From Chloroflexota bacterium (GTDB lineage Bacteria > Chloroflexota > Limnocylindria > Limnocylindrales > CSP1-4), in the NCBI GenBank assembly GCA_017853275.1, contig JAFMJV010000002.1, positions 36,888 through 100,887 of the forward strand: a stretch of 64,000 bases of DNA. The letters are read 5' to 3'. The position numbers and the translations under genes are program-made. A model generated the notes under the pieces. That model was not told the origin of the DNA. It saw only the letters and a list, made by a program, of their open reading frames with translations, and did no database searches. The number at the start of each line of letters is the position of its first letter. Position 1 is the first letter of the stretch. This document shows positions 38,424 through 47,660 of this stretch, piece after piece.

Positions 38424-38813
38424 ATGGACGAGACCCGACCGGTTCCCTACTTCTACGAGCTCGACGAGGCGGACGACGACCTCTTCACCGACGTCCTGCT
38501 CGCCCATGAGCGCGAGTATGACGAGGAGGAGATGCTCGAGCTCGTCCTCGCCGCCCGGGCACGGGTCCTGGAGACCTTCGAGGAGGACTCGCTGGCGGAG
38601 GCGATCGCCCGGGACCTGGAGCGTCGCCACGGCTTCACCGTGGTGGATGACCGCCAGATCCGGGTCGCGATCCACGTCTCCGCCGAGGAGGGTGAGACCC
38701 GGGTCGTGGGGACGGATGAACGCTCCGCGGAGCCTGCCGGGGACCCCGACGAGCTCTTCCGGACGCTCGTGCTGGACGTGGACAAGGAAGATCGCCGCTG
38801 GGGCGATCGCTGA
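38424..38813 (+). CDS. Hypothetical highly acidic protein (129 aa)
   Basis: GC3 is above 85% in this frame. Product reads MDETRPVPYFYELDEADDDLFTDVLLAHEREYDEEEMLELVLAARARVLETFEEDSLAEAIARDLERRHGFTVVDDRQIRVAIHVSAEEGETRVVG. No family recognised. Confidence 0.5.
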   Translation: MDETRPVPYFYELDEADDDLFTDVLLAHEREYDEEEMLELVLAARARVLETFEEDSLAEAIARDLERRHGFTVVDDRQIRVAIHVSAEEGETRVVGTDERSAEPAGDPDELFRTLVLDVDKEDRRWGDR

Positions 38814-38827
38814 ACGGGAGGCGACCG

Positions 38828-39097
38828 ATGGCCCAGGTGCGCGTGATGCGCTGGAAGTGGATCCCCTCCCAGGTCAAGGTGACCGGTGCGGACGGGGAGA
38901 CCGCGACGCGCATGCTCCCCGATCGCTTCCAGCAGGAGATCGACCGGGTCGCGATGCGCCTCGGCCTTGCCGGGACGGACGACTACCTCGACGCGTGGGA
39001 ATGGTCTCCGGTGGAGGAGCGCGACGGCGCGGCGGCCGAGGTGGCGGATGCCGTCCTCGCGGAGCTCGTGGCGGCCGGCTTCCGCGAGCCCGCCTGA
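38828..39097 (+). CDS. Hypothetical small protein (89 aa), co-directional partner of 38424..38813
   Basis: GGGAGG RBS 8 nt upstream. High GC3. Product reads MAQVRVMRWKWIPSQVKVTGADGETATRMLPDRFQQEIDRVAMRLGLAGTDDYLDAWEWSPVEERDG. No family recognised. Confidence 0.5.
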   Translation: MAQVRVMRWKWIPSQVKVTGADGETATRMLPDRFQQEIDRVAMRLGLAGTDDYLDAWEWSPVEERDGAAAEVADAVLAELVAAGFREPA

Positions 39098-39119
39098 CCG
39101 GGATCCTCCCGCCCGCGGC

Positions 39120-40121
39120 TCAGTAGCCGCGGCTGCGGTCGATCGCGTTGAGCAGCGGCTCCCCGCGGGCGTAGCGCTCGAGGTTCTCGCAGAAGAGGTC
39201 GATGCTCCGGTCCAGGACGCGTCCGCTCGACCACGAGGTGTGCGGCGTGATGAGCAGGTTCGGCACGTCGTAGAGCGGGCTGGTGGGGGGCAGGGGCTCC
39301 TCCCGGATCGTGTCCAGGATCGCGCCGCCGAGCCGGCCATCCCGGAGCGCGCGCTCCAGCGCCCGATCGTCCACGAGGTGGCCCCGGGCGATGTTCACGA
39401 GCCAGGCACCGGGCTTCACCGCCGCGAGCGCGCGCTCATCGATCAGGTCGTGCGTCTCCGCGGTATAGGGCGCCGCAAGGACGACGAAGTCGCTCTGCGT
39501 GAGGAGCTCCGTCAGCCGGTCCGGCGGGAGGACGGCGGCGATCCCCGAGAGATCGGCGGGGAGCTCGGCCGTGCCACCCGCCCGCTCCTTGCGGGTCGCC
39601 ACGACCCGGGCACCGAAGGCGAGGGAGAGCCGCGCGACCGCCTGCCCGATCGAGCCGAGCCCGACGATCCCGATCGTGACGTCGCGCATCTCCCGGGAGA
39701 CGAGCGGCTGCCAGGTACGCTCGCGGTGGAGCTCGAGGAGCTGGGGGAGCCGGCGCACGACCGAGAGGATCATGAGCAGGACGTACTCGGCGATCGGCTC
39801 CGTGAAGACGCCGCGGGCATTCGTGATCGCCAGATCCCGCTCCGCGGCGAGCGGGGTGAGGACCCGCTCCACGCCCGCGGTCGCGGAATGGACCCAGCGG
39901 AGGGCGGGGGCGCGGACGAGGAAACGGTCGAAGACGCCGGCCGCGATCGGGCCGCGAAGAAGGACCTCGACGTCGTCCAGCGGGCCGTCCGGGTGTCCCT
40001 CCATCGAGACCATCACGAGGCGGGCCCCCGGCGCAGCGGCGCGGATCCGGGCGAGATCCTCCTCGCGATAGCGGGCGGAGAGGATCGGGGTGAGGGCGAT
40101 CGCGCGCGGGACCCCGGTCAT
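39120..40121 (-). CDS. D-isomer-specific 2-hydroxyacid dehydrogenase family, NAD-binding
   Basis: Motifs are GIVGLGSIGQAVARLSLAFGARVVATRK, LVNIARGHLVDDRAL and ITPHTSW. Confidence 0.85.
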   Translation of the reverse strand: MTGVPRAIALTPILSARYREEDLARIRAAAPGARLVMVSMEGHPDGPLDDVEVLLRGPIAAGVFDRFLVRAPALRWVHSATAGVERVLTPLAAERDLAITNARGVFTEPIAEYVLLMILSVVRRLPQLLELHRERTWQPLVSREMRDVTIGIVGLGSIGQAVARLSLAFGARVVATRKERAGGTAELPADLSGIAAVLPPDRLTELLTQSDFVVLAAPYTAETHDLIDERALAAVKPGAWLVNIARGHLVDDRALERALRDGRLGGAILDTIREEPLPPTSPLYDVPNLLITPHTSWSSGRVLDRSIDLFCENLERYARGEPLLNAIDRSRGY

Positions 40122-41281
40122 GCCGGCGTTCCTTCCGCGGTCCGGCGGAGCCAGAGGGCGGGCTCGTCCATCTCCTCCTCGGTGGGAAGCGCCTCGGGCC
40201 CGGCCCAGAGGCGGCGGATCGCCGCATCACCGCCGTCGCGGACGATCGCCGCGACGAAGCGCTCGCCCCGATGGTACTGCTCGAGCTTGAGGTCGAGACC
40301 GGCGAGACGGGCGACGAGCCGGTCGAGGCCGCGGCGGGGCGCCCCGCGCCGGGCCTCGAATCGATCCCGCAGCCGCGCGACATCCGGAAGGAGCTCCTCC
40401 CCGGCGGCGTCCATCACCCAGTCCCCGAACCCTTCCAGCAGGCTCATCATCCGCTGGATCTCGCGGAACCCCTCGCGCGCCTCCGGGCCGAGAAGGCCGA
40501 GGGCGACCCCGTGCCGCTGGAGGTCCCGGCCACGGGCGAGGAGCCCGGGCAGACCTCGCCGGGCCATCTCGCGCGTCTCGTCCACGAACCGATCGATCTG
40601 GCGGTCGAGCCGCTCCCGGAGCCACGGGCGGACCCACGGGTTCGCCTCCATCTCCCAGGCGTGCGTCGCCTCGTGGAGGGCGATCCAGGTGCGCAGCTCG
40701 TCCAGCGGCAGGTCGAGCTCACGCGAGAGATGGCGGATGTTCTCCTCCACGAGGAGGAGCCGGCCGGGCGACTCCTCGGCGGAGAGAAGGGCGATCTCGT
40801 ACTGGCCGAGGACACGCGAGGCGAGCCAGCCGAGGAGGAAGCCGACCTGGCGCGTGCTCGCGACCCGGTTCGCGCCACGCGCCACGCTCCCGGCGGCGCC
40901 GATCCCGTCCACGGGCATGAGGAGGGGCTCGAGGCGTTCGGCGAGGTGGCGGAAGGTGCCCAGGTTCGCGTGGACCCAGCCGGCACGATCGACGACCGCA
41001 TGGCGCTCCACCACCCCGGGAAGCGGGGCGTTCAGCCTCCGCTCGAGGACGGGGACGACCTGCGCGAGCGTCTCCGCCCAGGCTTCGCCGCTCGCGGCCA
41101 CCTCCGACGGCGGCAGGGCACCCGGCGCGTGGCGCGCCATCCGGATCGCGCTCGCTTCCGCGACCGCCCAGTCGATCATCCCCTCCCGGCGCGCCCGCTC
41201 CCCCTCCCGGGCGAGGAGCCGCACGCCGACGGCGACCCCCACGAGCGCGACGCCCACGAACGCCCGGCCGATCCTGCCCAT
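40118..41281 (-). CDS. Putative zinc metalloprotease (HExxH; actinobacterial DUF2342-like)
   Basis: LHEATHAWE carries the HExxH motif. N-terminal TM reads MGRIGRAFVGVALVGVAV. Start at M50 of ORF 40118..41428. The stop overlaps the downstream dehydrogenase start by 4 nt. Confidence 0.6.
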   Translation of the reverse strand: MGRIGRAFVGVALVGVAVGVRLLAREGERARREGMIDWAVAEASAIRMARHAPGALPPSEVAASGEAWAETLAQVVPVLERRLNAPLPGVVERHAVVDRAGWVHANLGTFRHLAERLEPLLMPVDGIGAAGSVARGANRVASTRQVGFLLGWLASRVLGQYEIALLSAEESPGRLLLVEENIRHLSRELDLPLDELRTWIALHEATHAWEMEANPWVRPWLRERLDRQIDRFVDETREMARRGLPGLLARGRDLQRHGVALGLLGPEAREGFREIQRMMSLLEGFGDWVMDAAGEELLPDVARLRDRFEARRGAPRRGLDRLVARLAGLDLKLEQYHRGERFVAAIVRDGGDAAIRRLWAGPEALPTEEEMDEPALWLRRTAEGTPA

Positions 41282-41285
41282 CCCC

Positions 41286-42155
41286 TCAGCTCCCTTCCCT
41301 GCCGCCGACCGGCGTGATGACGACCGGCTCCACGCTCGGGAAGAGATCCCCGAAGAGGAGCCCTGCGGTCCGCCGGAACGCCGCGACGTCGCCGGTGGTG
41401 AGCTGGAGATGGCGCGGCGAGGTCGCATCCGAGCCGAGCCCGTGGATCTCGATCAGGCTGGCGAGCGTGGAAGCCGTCGCCGTCGCCGAGTCGATGACCG
41501 CGACCGCCGGACCCGCGACCGAGACGATCGTCTCCTGGAGGAGCGGGTAGTGGGTGCAGCCGAGGAGGAGCGTGTCGATCCCCTCCCCCGCCCGGATCGG
41601 GAAGACGGCGTCCGTGAGCGGCTCCGGACCTCCGAGGAGCGGCCGCACCGACCGGGCGACCGCGGCCTCGACCTCCGGGCCGGCGAGCAGGCCCGCCTCC
41701 ACGAGCGGGACGAGCTCCGGGGTCGCGTGCTCGTAGACCTCGATGAAGGGGTTCTCGTCCTTGATCGCCGTGAAGTAGGCGCGTGAGCGGACGGTCGCCT
41801 GGGTCGCGATGACCCCCACCCGGCGGTTGCGGGTGGAGAGGGCGGCCGCAGTGGCGCCCGGACGGACGACGCCGACGATGGGAACGTCGTAGCGGCGACG
41901 CAGCTCGCCGAGGGCGACCGCCGAGGCGGTGTTGCAGGCGACGACGACCGCCTTCACGTCCCGCCGGACGAGGTGGTCCACGCACTCGATCGCGAAGCCC
42001 ACGACCTCGGCATCCGGGCGGGGGCCGTAGGGGGTCCGCTCGTTGTCCCCGAGATAGATCGTCGATTCCGCGGGGAGGCGGCGGAGCGTCTCACGCAGGA
42101 CGGTGAGCCCGCCCACCCCCGAGTCGAAGAAGCCGACCGGCCGGCGATCCGCCAT
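41286..42155 (-). CDS. murI: Glutamate racemase
   Basis: Motifs are VGFFDSGVGGLTV, YLGDNERTPYG, VVACNTASAVAL and LGCTHYPLL. Start at M74 of ORF 41286..42374. Confidence 0.9.
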   Translation of the reverse strand: MADRRPVGFFDSGVGGLTVLRETLRRLPAESTIYLGDNERTPYGPRPDAEVVGFAIECVDHLVRRDVKAVVVACNTASAVALGELRRRYDVPIVGVVRPGATAAALSTRNRRVGVIATQATVRSRAYFTAIKDENPFIEVYEHATPELVPLVEAGLLAGPEVEAAVARSVRPLLGGPEPLTDAVFPIRAGEGIDTLLLGCTHYPLLQETIVSVAGPAVAVIDSATATASTLASLIEIHGLGSDATSPRHLQLTTGDVAAFRRTAGLLFGDLFPSVEPVVITPVGGREGS

Positions 42156-42159
42156 CGCC

Positions 42160-42960
42160 TCAGCGCCCCCGCCGCGCGCGGGCGGCCGGTGCCGCGATGA
42201 GGACGATCCGCTCCGATCCGGGACCGAAGGGGCCGAGGTCGAGGTCCCCGGCGAGCGTCTCCACGACGAGCCCGGCACCCTCCGCGAGCGCGGCGAGCTC
42301 GCCCGCGGAGAAGAGGGCGATCCGGTCCTCCCGCACGTCCCGGGTGACGGGGCCCCCGTCCGCGGCGGAGGCATCGAAGATCTGGACGAGGGAGACGGTG
42401 GCCGTGGCCGGGTCGTAGCGTGCGGCCGTCTGCTTCATCACCGTCTCGCCCGTCTCGGGATCCGTGCGGACCCACTCCAGCCGGAGACGACCGTCGTGCT
42501 CCGCGAGCTCATCCGGGCCGGGAAGGGAGAGGTCGATCACCGCGCGGCCATCCGGCGCGAGATGGGCCGCGATCGTGCGCAGCGCCGCCGCGGCGCCCTC
42601 CCGGCCGCCGAGGAGACCGAGGCCGTTGACGGCGAGGATGACGAGCCCGAACCGCTCCCCGAGGCGGGCGGTCGTGAGGTCCGCCGCGACGCAGCGGAGA
42701 CGGCCGGCCGGCCGGCGGCCCCGGACGCGCTGCCATTCCGCGGCGCACCGGGCGAGCATCGCCGGGTCGTTGTCCAGGGCGACCACCGTGCTCCCCGCCC
42801 GGGCGAGGGGGATCGCGATCCGGCCGCTCCCCGCCGCGAGCTCGAGGACGGCTCCCTCCGTCCGGGCGGCGAGGGCGAGATGGAGCGGGAGGTCACCGGG
42901 GTCGTCCTGGAGGTCGAGGTCGTACCAGCGGGCCAGCCGCTCCGCGCGCGTCCCCGTCAC
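42160..42960 (-). CDS. Class-I SAM-dependent methyltransferase
   Basis: Motif I reads VLELAAGSGRIAIPLARAG. Also VVALDNDPAML and RFGLVILAVN. GTG start overlaps the agmatinase-family stop (GTGA). Confidence 0.7.
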   Translation of the reverse strand: MTGTRAERLARWYDLDLQDDPGDLPLHLALAARTEGAVLELAAGSGRIAIPLARAGSTVVALDNDPAMLARCAAEWQRVRGRRPAGRLRCVAADLTTARLGERFGLVILAVNGLGLLGGREGAAAALRTIAAHLAPDGRAVIDLSLPGPDELAEHDGRLRLEWVRTDPETGETVMKQTAARYDPATATVSLVQIFDASAADGGPVTRDVREDRIALFSAGELAALAEGAGLVVETLAGDLDLGPFGPGSERIVLIAAPAARARRGR

Positions 42961-44000
42961 CCGCGTGCCCCCGGCGCGGTGCTGCCGTCCCGGCGGCGCA
43001 CGGCGAGCGCGGAGATCGCCTCCAGGACGACGCGGTGGGCGAGGGTCGCGGTGACCTCGGCGTGGTCGTAGGCCGGCGCGACCTCGACGACATCCATCCC
43101 GGCGAGCTCGACCGCGCCGACGATCTGGCGCACGGCACGAAGGAGCTCCCGCCCGAGCAGGCCGCCGGGCTCCGGCGTCCCTGTCCCGGGCGCCATCCCG
43201 GGATCGACGACATCGATGTCCACGGAGAGATGGATGAGGTCCGGACCATCGAGGGCTTCCGCGATCGCGTCGGCGACGACCGCCTCCGCGCCCCGCTCCT
43301 CGATCTCGCGCATCGTGTGCCAGCGCATCCCCTGGGCGCGCATCCAGTCGAAGACCTCCGGCGGCGGCCAGTAGCCGCGGAGCCCGACCTGGACGAAGTT
43401 CCGGCCCGCGACCGCGCCCGACTCGATGAGCCGGCGCATCGGGCTCCCGTGGCCGGAGAGGGTCCCCCACTGCTCCGGCGCGGTGTCCGCGTGCGCATCG
43501 AAGTGGACGATGCCGATGCTCCGCGGCGCGCGCGCCTCGGCGAGCGCGGTGACGACCGGCCAGGTGATCGAGTGGTCCCCACCGAGGACGATGGGGAGGG
43601 CTCCCGTCCCCGCGACCTCGCGGACGCGCTGCCAGATCCGGGCGTGATTGCGATCCGCCCAGCCGGGGGTGAGCGCGACGTCCCCCGCGTCCACCACGTC
43701 CAGCACGGAGAAGGGCTGGATGTCGAGCTGGAGGCTGTGGTCGCCGGGAGTGTAGATGGCACGGATCGCGCGCGGACCGAAGCGTGCGCCCGGGCGGTGG
43801 CTCGTCCCGTCATCGTGGGGAGCGCCGAGGATCGCGACATCCGCTCCCCGCGCCGCGATCGCCGCGGCCTCCGTGACGAGGGGCACGCCCGAGAAGGTGG
43901 GCAGGCCCACATAGGACGGGAGACCCTCGTCGTCCGGTGCGAAGGCACGGTCCCACCCGAACCGGGCTCCGATCGCGGGGGAAGGGTCGGCGGGGTTCAT
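42957..44000 (-). CDS. Ureohydrolase (agmatinase/arginase family)
   Basis: Mn-binding motifs are LGGDHSITWP, GIVHFDAHADT and SVDIDVVDP. Start at MNPADPSPAIGARFGW. Confidence 0.85.
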   Translation of the reverse strand: MNPADPSPAIGARFGWDRAFAPDDEGLPSYVGLPTFSGVPLVTEAAAIAARGADVAILGAPHDDGTSHRPGARFGPRAIRAIYTPGDHSLQLDIQPFSVLDVVDAGDVALTPGWADRNHARIWQRVREVAGTGALPIVLGGDHSITWPVVTALAEARAPRSIGIVHFDAHADTAPEQWGTLSGHGSPMRRLIESGAVAGRNFVQVGLRGYWPPPEVFDWMRAQGMRWHTMREIEERGAEAVVADAIAEALDGPDLIHLSVDIDVVDPGMAPGTGTPEPGGLLGRELLRAVRQIVGAVELAGMDVVEVAPAYDHAEVTATLAHRVVLEAISALAVRRRDGSTAPGARG

Positions 44001-44083
44001 CGGCGTCCTCGTCTGGGCGATCCGGCGACCCGGACCGCGCACCCCCATCCTAGCGGGGCGGCGGGGTCCGGTCCCGTCCCGGC

Positions 44084-47056
44084 TCAGGCAGCGCTCGCGG
44101 GGCAGATCTCCCGGTAGGGGCAGTGACCGCAGGCGAACGGGTCCGGGGCCGGCTCGCGACCGCCCGCCGCGATCCCCGCGGCCGCCTCACGCAGGGCGCT
44201 GCGTGCCTTCTCCAGGCGAGCCGGCTCCGGGCGGACCCGGCCGACCACGCCGCCGTCCAGGAAGCGCAGCTCGAGCCAGGCGGGGAGCTCTCCCGTCCGC
44301 GCCTCCCAGGCGAGCGCATAGAGGTGGAGCTGGAAGGAGCCCCGGGCACGCTCCGCCGCCTTCCGGGGGTCGCGGACCTCTCCGCTCTTGTAGTCCACGA
44401 TGACGATCCCATCCGGACCCTCGTCGATCCGGTCGAAGCGGCCGCGGACGGGGAGCCCGGCAACGGTCTCGGCGAAGGGTTCCTCGACCGCCACGACCCG
44501 CCGTCCGCTCCCGGACGCGGCGGCCGTGGACTCGTCCGCGCGGAAGCGGTCGAGCGTGGCGAGCGCGGCCGCATAGCGCGCATCCTCGTGCTCCCGGGAG
44601 AGGAAGCCCGCGCTCCGCCAGTGCGCATCCAGGGTCTCGCGGAGAAGGCCGTCCGCCGGCTCCTCGCCGGCCAGGGTGGCCCGGTGCCACGCCGCGGCCG
44701 CCTCGTGGAGGGCCTGGCCGACGACGAGCGCGTGATGCTCCGGGGACGCGACGCCGAGCCGGTGGCGGAGGTGGTAGCGCAGCGGGCAGGCGAGCTGGTC
44801 CTCCACGCGCGAGGCGCTGAGGGGCCGGCCGTCGTCCGCGATCGCCTCGGGGGCATCCATGGCCGTCGGGGTCACGACCGCCTCGATCGCCGACCGGAGA
44901 GCGTCGATCCCCGCCGCTGCGGGGAGCCGGACCGGCCGGTCCGTGGCCTCGGCGAGGAAGGGCGATGGGCGCCGGACCCGGGACCCGCTCCCGCCCGATG
45001 CCGTCGCCCAGGAGAGGACGAGCGCGTCCCGCGCCCGAGTCAGCGCGACGTAGCAGAGACGCCGCTCCTCCGCGAGCGGATCGGCCTCGTCCTCGGCCAT
45101 CGGACCGGCGGGTGCAGGGAGGGACGCGGCCCGGCGCCGAGCCGGGAAGCGGCCATCCGCGAGGCCCGGGAGGTAGACGACGGGGAACTCGAGGCCTTTC
45201 GCCTTGTGGACCGTGAGGACCGCGACCGCGTCCGGCTGGGGATCGGCATCCTCCGCCTCCTCCGCCTCCACGGCAAGGAGCTCCTGGAGCCGCGGGAGAA
45301 GGACGGCCGCCCGGGCATCCGGCACGACCTCCGTCACGGAGCGCAGGATCTCGAAGAGCCGGGCGACCCGCCGGAGCGGCCGGTCGTCTCCCTTCTCCGC
45401 GGCGGCGACGAGCTCGGCGTAGCGTCCGCTCCCGCGCAGCCAGCCGTAGAGCACGTCTCCGGCGGGCCGGCGGTGGATCTCCTCCAGCGCCCGATCGAGC
45501 TCGCGCACGAGACGGGAGACCGCCGCGTGCGACCCCGGCGCGAGCGCGAGGCCCGATCCTGCGAGCGCGGCGTCCATGGCCGCACGGAGCCCGCGCCGAT
45601 CCCGGCGCCCCTCCGCCAGGAGGCGTGAGAGGTCGCTCCCGCCGAGCCGCCACGGGGCCGCGGTCGCCACCCCGTAGAGGAGGAGGTCGTCCGACGGGTC
45701 GAGGGCCAGCCGCAGGAGCGAGACGAGCTCACGCACCTCCGGCGTCGCGCCGAGCCGTCCGCCATCCGATCCCCAGGTGGCGAGCCCGCGCGCGGCGAGG
45801 GCCCGGACGAACCGATCCCCGTCCCCGTTGGTCCGGACGAGGACCGCATGGTCCCGCGCCGGCGCGCCTTCCGCCACGCGGCGGGCGATCGCGTCCGCGA
45901 CCCCGTCCGCCTCCGCCGCATCCGTGGGCCATCCCTGGACCGTGACCGGGGCCGGGCGCCGTCCGCGGCGGACGGCGACGAGCGGCCGGTCCACGCCGGC
46001 CCGGGCTGCGAGCCGCTCCGGGCCGTTCGCGCGGATCAGCCGGTGCGCCGCGACGAGGATCGGGCGGCGGGAGCGGTAGCTGCGGCGGAGGACGATCCGC
46101 CGCATCCCCGGGAAGGCCGTGGCGAGCCGGGCGATCCCGCCCTCCGCGGCTCCCCGGAAGCCGTAGATCGCCTGGTCGTCATCCCCGACGACCGTCAGGT
46201 TCCCGTGCCGCGCGATGGCGCGCACGAGGTCGAGCTGGATCGCGCTCGCATCCTGCCCCTCGTCCACGAGGACATGGCGGAAGCGGTCCGCCACGCGCGC
46301 CGCCACCCCCGGCCGGTCCCGGAGGAGGAGGCGGGCCCGGAGGACCTGGTCCCCGAAGTCGAGGAGACCGCGCTCCCGGAGGACGGCCTCATAGCGCTCC
46401 CATGCCCGGGCGAGCTCCTCCAGGCCCTCCGCGTCATCCACGAGCGCCTCCGCGTCCGGGCGGCCCGCCGCGCTCGCGCGGAGCGCGGCCACCCGTGCGC
46501 CGATCTCCGAAGGGACCAGGCCGGCATCCTTGGCCCGGGCGATCCAGTCCGCGATCGGGCGCAGGTTCCGCTCCGGATCGCCGAGCGGGAGGTACCGGCG
46601 GAGGCCGAGCCGGAAGAGCTCCTCCCGGAGGATCAGCTCTCCTTCCGGCCGGGAGAGGACCCGCGGCTCCGCGGGCAGCCCCGCCTCCGCCGCATGCTCG
46701 CGCAGGATCCGGTCGCCGAAGGCATGGAAGGTGTGGATCGCCGCGTCCGCGCGGCCGTACGGGACGAGCATGTCCACGCGCGCCTGCATCTCCGCCGCGG
46801 CACGCTCGGTGAAGGTGAGCGCGAGGATCTCCGACGGGCGGGCACGACGGGTGGCGATCAGCCACGCGATCCGCCGCGTGACGACCTCCGTCTTCCCGGT
46901 CCCCGGCCCGGCGAGGATGAGGAGCGGGCCGTCCCCGTGGGTCACCGCCCGGCGCTGCTCCCGGTCCAGGCCGCGGAGGAGGGGCCGCACGGTCTCCAGG
47001 TCGACCGGCGGAAGGGTGGTGGAGGGCTGCTCGGGGAGGAGGTACGCACGTGCCAT
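44084..47056 (-). CDS. UvrD/PcrA-type superfamily-1 helicase fused to a C-terminal RecB/Cas4-like PD-(D/E)xK nuclease with a Cys cluster
   Basis: Helicase motifs are LILAGPGTGKTEVVTRR (Walker A), HVLVDEGQD, TVVGDDDQAIYGFRGA and VHKAKGLEFP. The C-terminal nuclease region reads ACPLRYHLRHRLG...IVDYKSGE...FACGHCPYREICP. Start at MARAYLLPEQP (M24). Confidence 0.8.
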   Translation of the reverse strand: MARAYLLPEQPSTTLPPVDLETVRPLLRGLDREQRRAVTHGDGPLLILAGPGTGKTEVVTRRIAWLIATRRARPSEILALTFTERAAAEMQARVDMLVPYGRADAAIHTFHAFGDRILREHAAEAGLPAEPRVLSRPEGELILREELFRLGLRRYLPLGDPERNLRPIADWIARAKDAGLVPSEIGARVAALRASAAGRPDAEALVDDAEGLEELARAWERYEAVLRERGLLDFGDQVLRARLLLRDRPGVAARVADRFRHVLVDEGQDASAIQLDLVRAIARHGNLTVVGDDDQAIYGFRGAAEGGIARLATAFPGMRRIVLRRSYRSRRPILVAAHRLIRANGPERLAARAGVDRPLVAVRRGRRPAPVTVQGWPTDAAEADGVADAIARRVAEGAPARDHAVLVRTNGDGDRFVRALAARGLATWGSDGGRLGATPEVRELVSLLRLALDPSDDLLLYGVATAAPWRLGGSDLSRLLAEGRRDRRGLRAAMDAALAGSGLALAPGSHAAVSRLVRELDRALEEIHRRPAGDVLYGWLRGSGRYAELVAAAEKGDDRPLRRVARLFEILRSVTEVVPDARAAVLLPRLQELLAVEAEEAEDADPQPDAVAVLTVHKAKGLEFPVVYLPGLADGRFPARRRAASLPAPAGPMAEDEADPLAEERRLCYVALTRARDALVLSWATASGGSGSRVRRPSPFLAEATDRPVRLPAAAGIDALRSAIEAVVTPTAMDAPEAIADDGRPLSASRVEDQLACPLRYHLRHRLGVASPEHHALVVGQALHEAAAAWHRATLAGEEPADGLLRETLDAHWRSAGFLSREHEDARYAAALATLDRFRADESTAAASGSGRRVVAVEEPFAETVAGLPVRGRFDRIDEGPDGIVIVDYKSGEVRDPRKAAERARGSFQLHLYALAWEARTGELPAWLELRFLDGGVVGRVRPEPARLEKARSALREAAAGIAAGGREPAPDPFACGHCPYREICPASAA

Positions 47057-47093
47057 GGGCGAAGATTCCCCCGGCTGCGTGCCACCTCCGCTG

Positions 47094-47540
47094 TCACATC
47101 GTCCGCGGGTCCGCCAGGCCGGCATCCGCGAGGGCCCCGACCTCCTCGTCCGCCAGCGGCACCTCCGCCCGCCCGTCCAGGATCGCCTTCACGTAGACGC
47201 GGGTCGCGCCGCGCCCGAGATGACCGCTGATCACGACGCCATCCGCCCGGCCATCGAGGAGCGCCAGGGAGAAGGACTGGTTGCCGCCCACGTCGTCGAA
47301 GGCGTTGTAGCGCACGAGGCCGACCCGGGTGACCGCCCCGTCGAGCGCGGTCGCGAGATGGTCCGTGCGTGCCTCGAGGGCCGCGATCCGCGCTGCCTGC
47401 GCGGTGAGCTGCCGGCCGTCCGCGATCGGCGACACGACCTCGGACCCGGCCCCGTTCCGCGCGACCCGGAGCAGGTGGAGCGCGAGGCCGAGGGCGACCA
47501 GCGAGACCACGAGGGCGGCGACCGACACGACGAGCTCCAT
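47094..47540 (-). CDS. DUF4446-like small membrane-anchored protein
   Basis: C-terminal 148 codons of the spurious giant ORF 47094..51494. Product reads MELVVSVAALVVSLVALGLALHLL...VRYNAFDDVGGNQSFSLALLDGRADGVVISGHLGRGATRVYVKAI. Confidence 0.6.
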   Translation of the reverse strand: MELVVSVAALVVSLVALGLALHLLRVARNGAGSEVVSPIADGRQLTAQAARIAALEARTDHLATALDGAVTRVGLVRYNAFDDVGGNQSFSLALLDGRADGVVISGHLGRGATRVYVKAILDGRAEVPLADEEVGALADAGLADPRTM

Positions 47541-47660
47541 CCCGGCTCCTCTCGGAGGACCGTCCACGGCGTCGCGGACGCGTCCCTCTCCGATGCTATC
47601 CTTCCCACCGGTCCGCCGCGGACGAGACGCGGCGACCGAGACAGGGAGGAAGCCCTCACC

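Noticed and set aside
39120-41281. VanH/VanX-like vancomycin-resistance pair
   Set aside because: The dehydrogenase is a generic D-2-hydroxyacid dehydrogenase. The metalloprotease is an HExxH DUF2342-type protein, not a VanX-type D-Ala-D-Ala dipeptidase. No vanA-like ligase is present.
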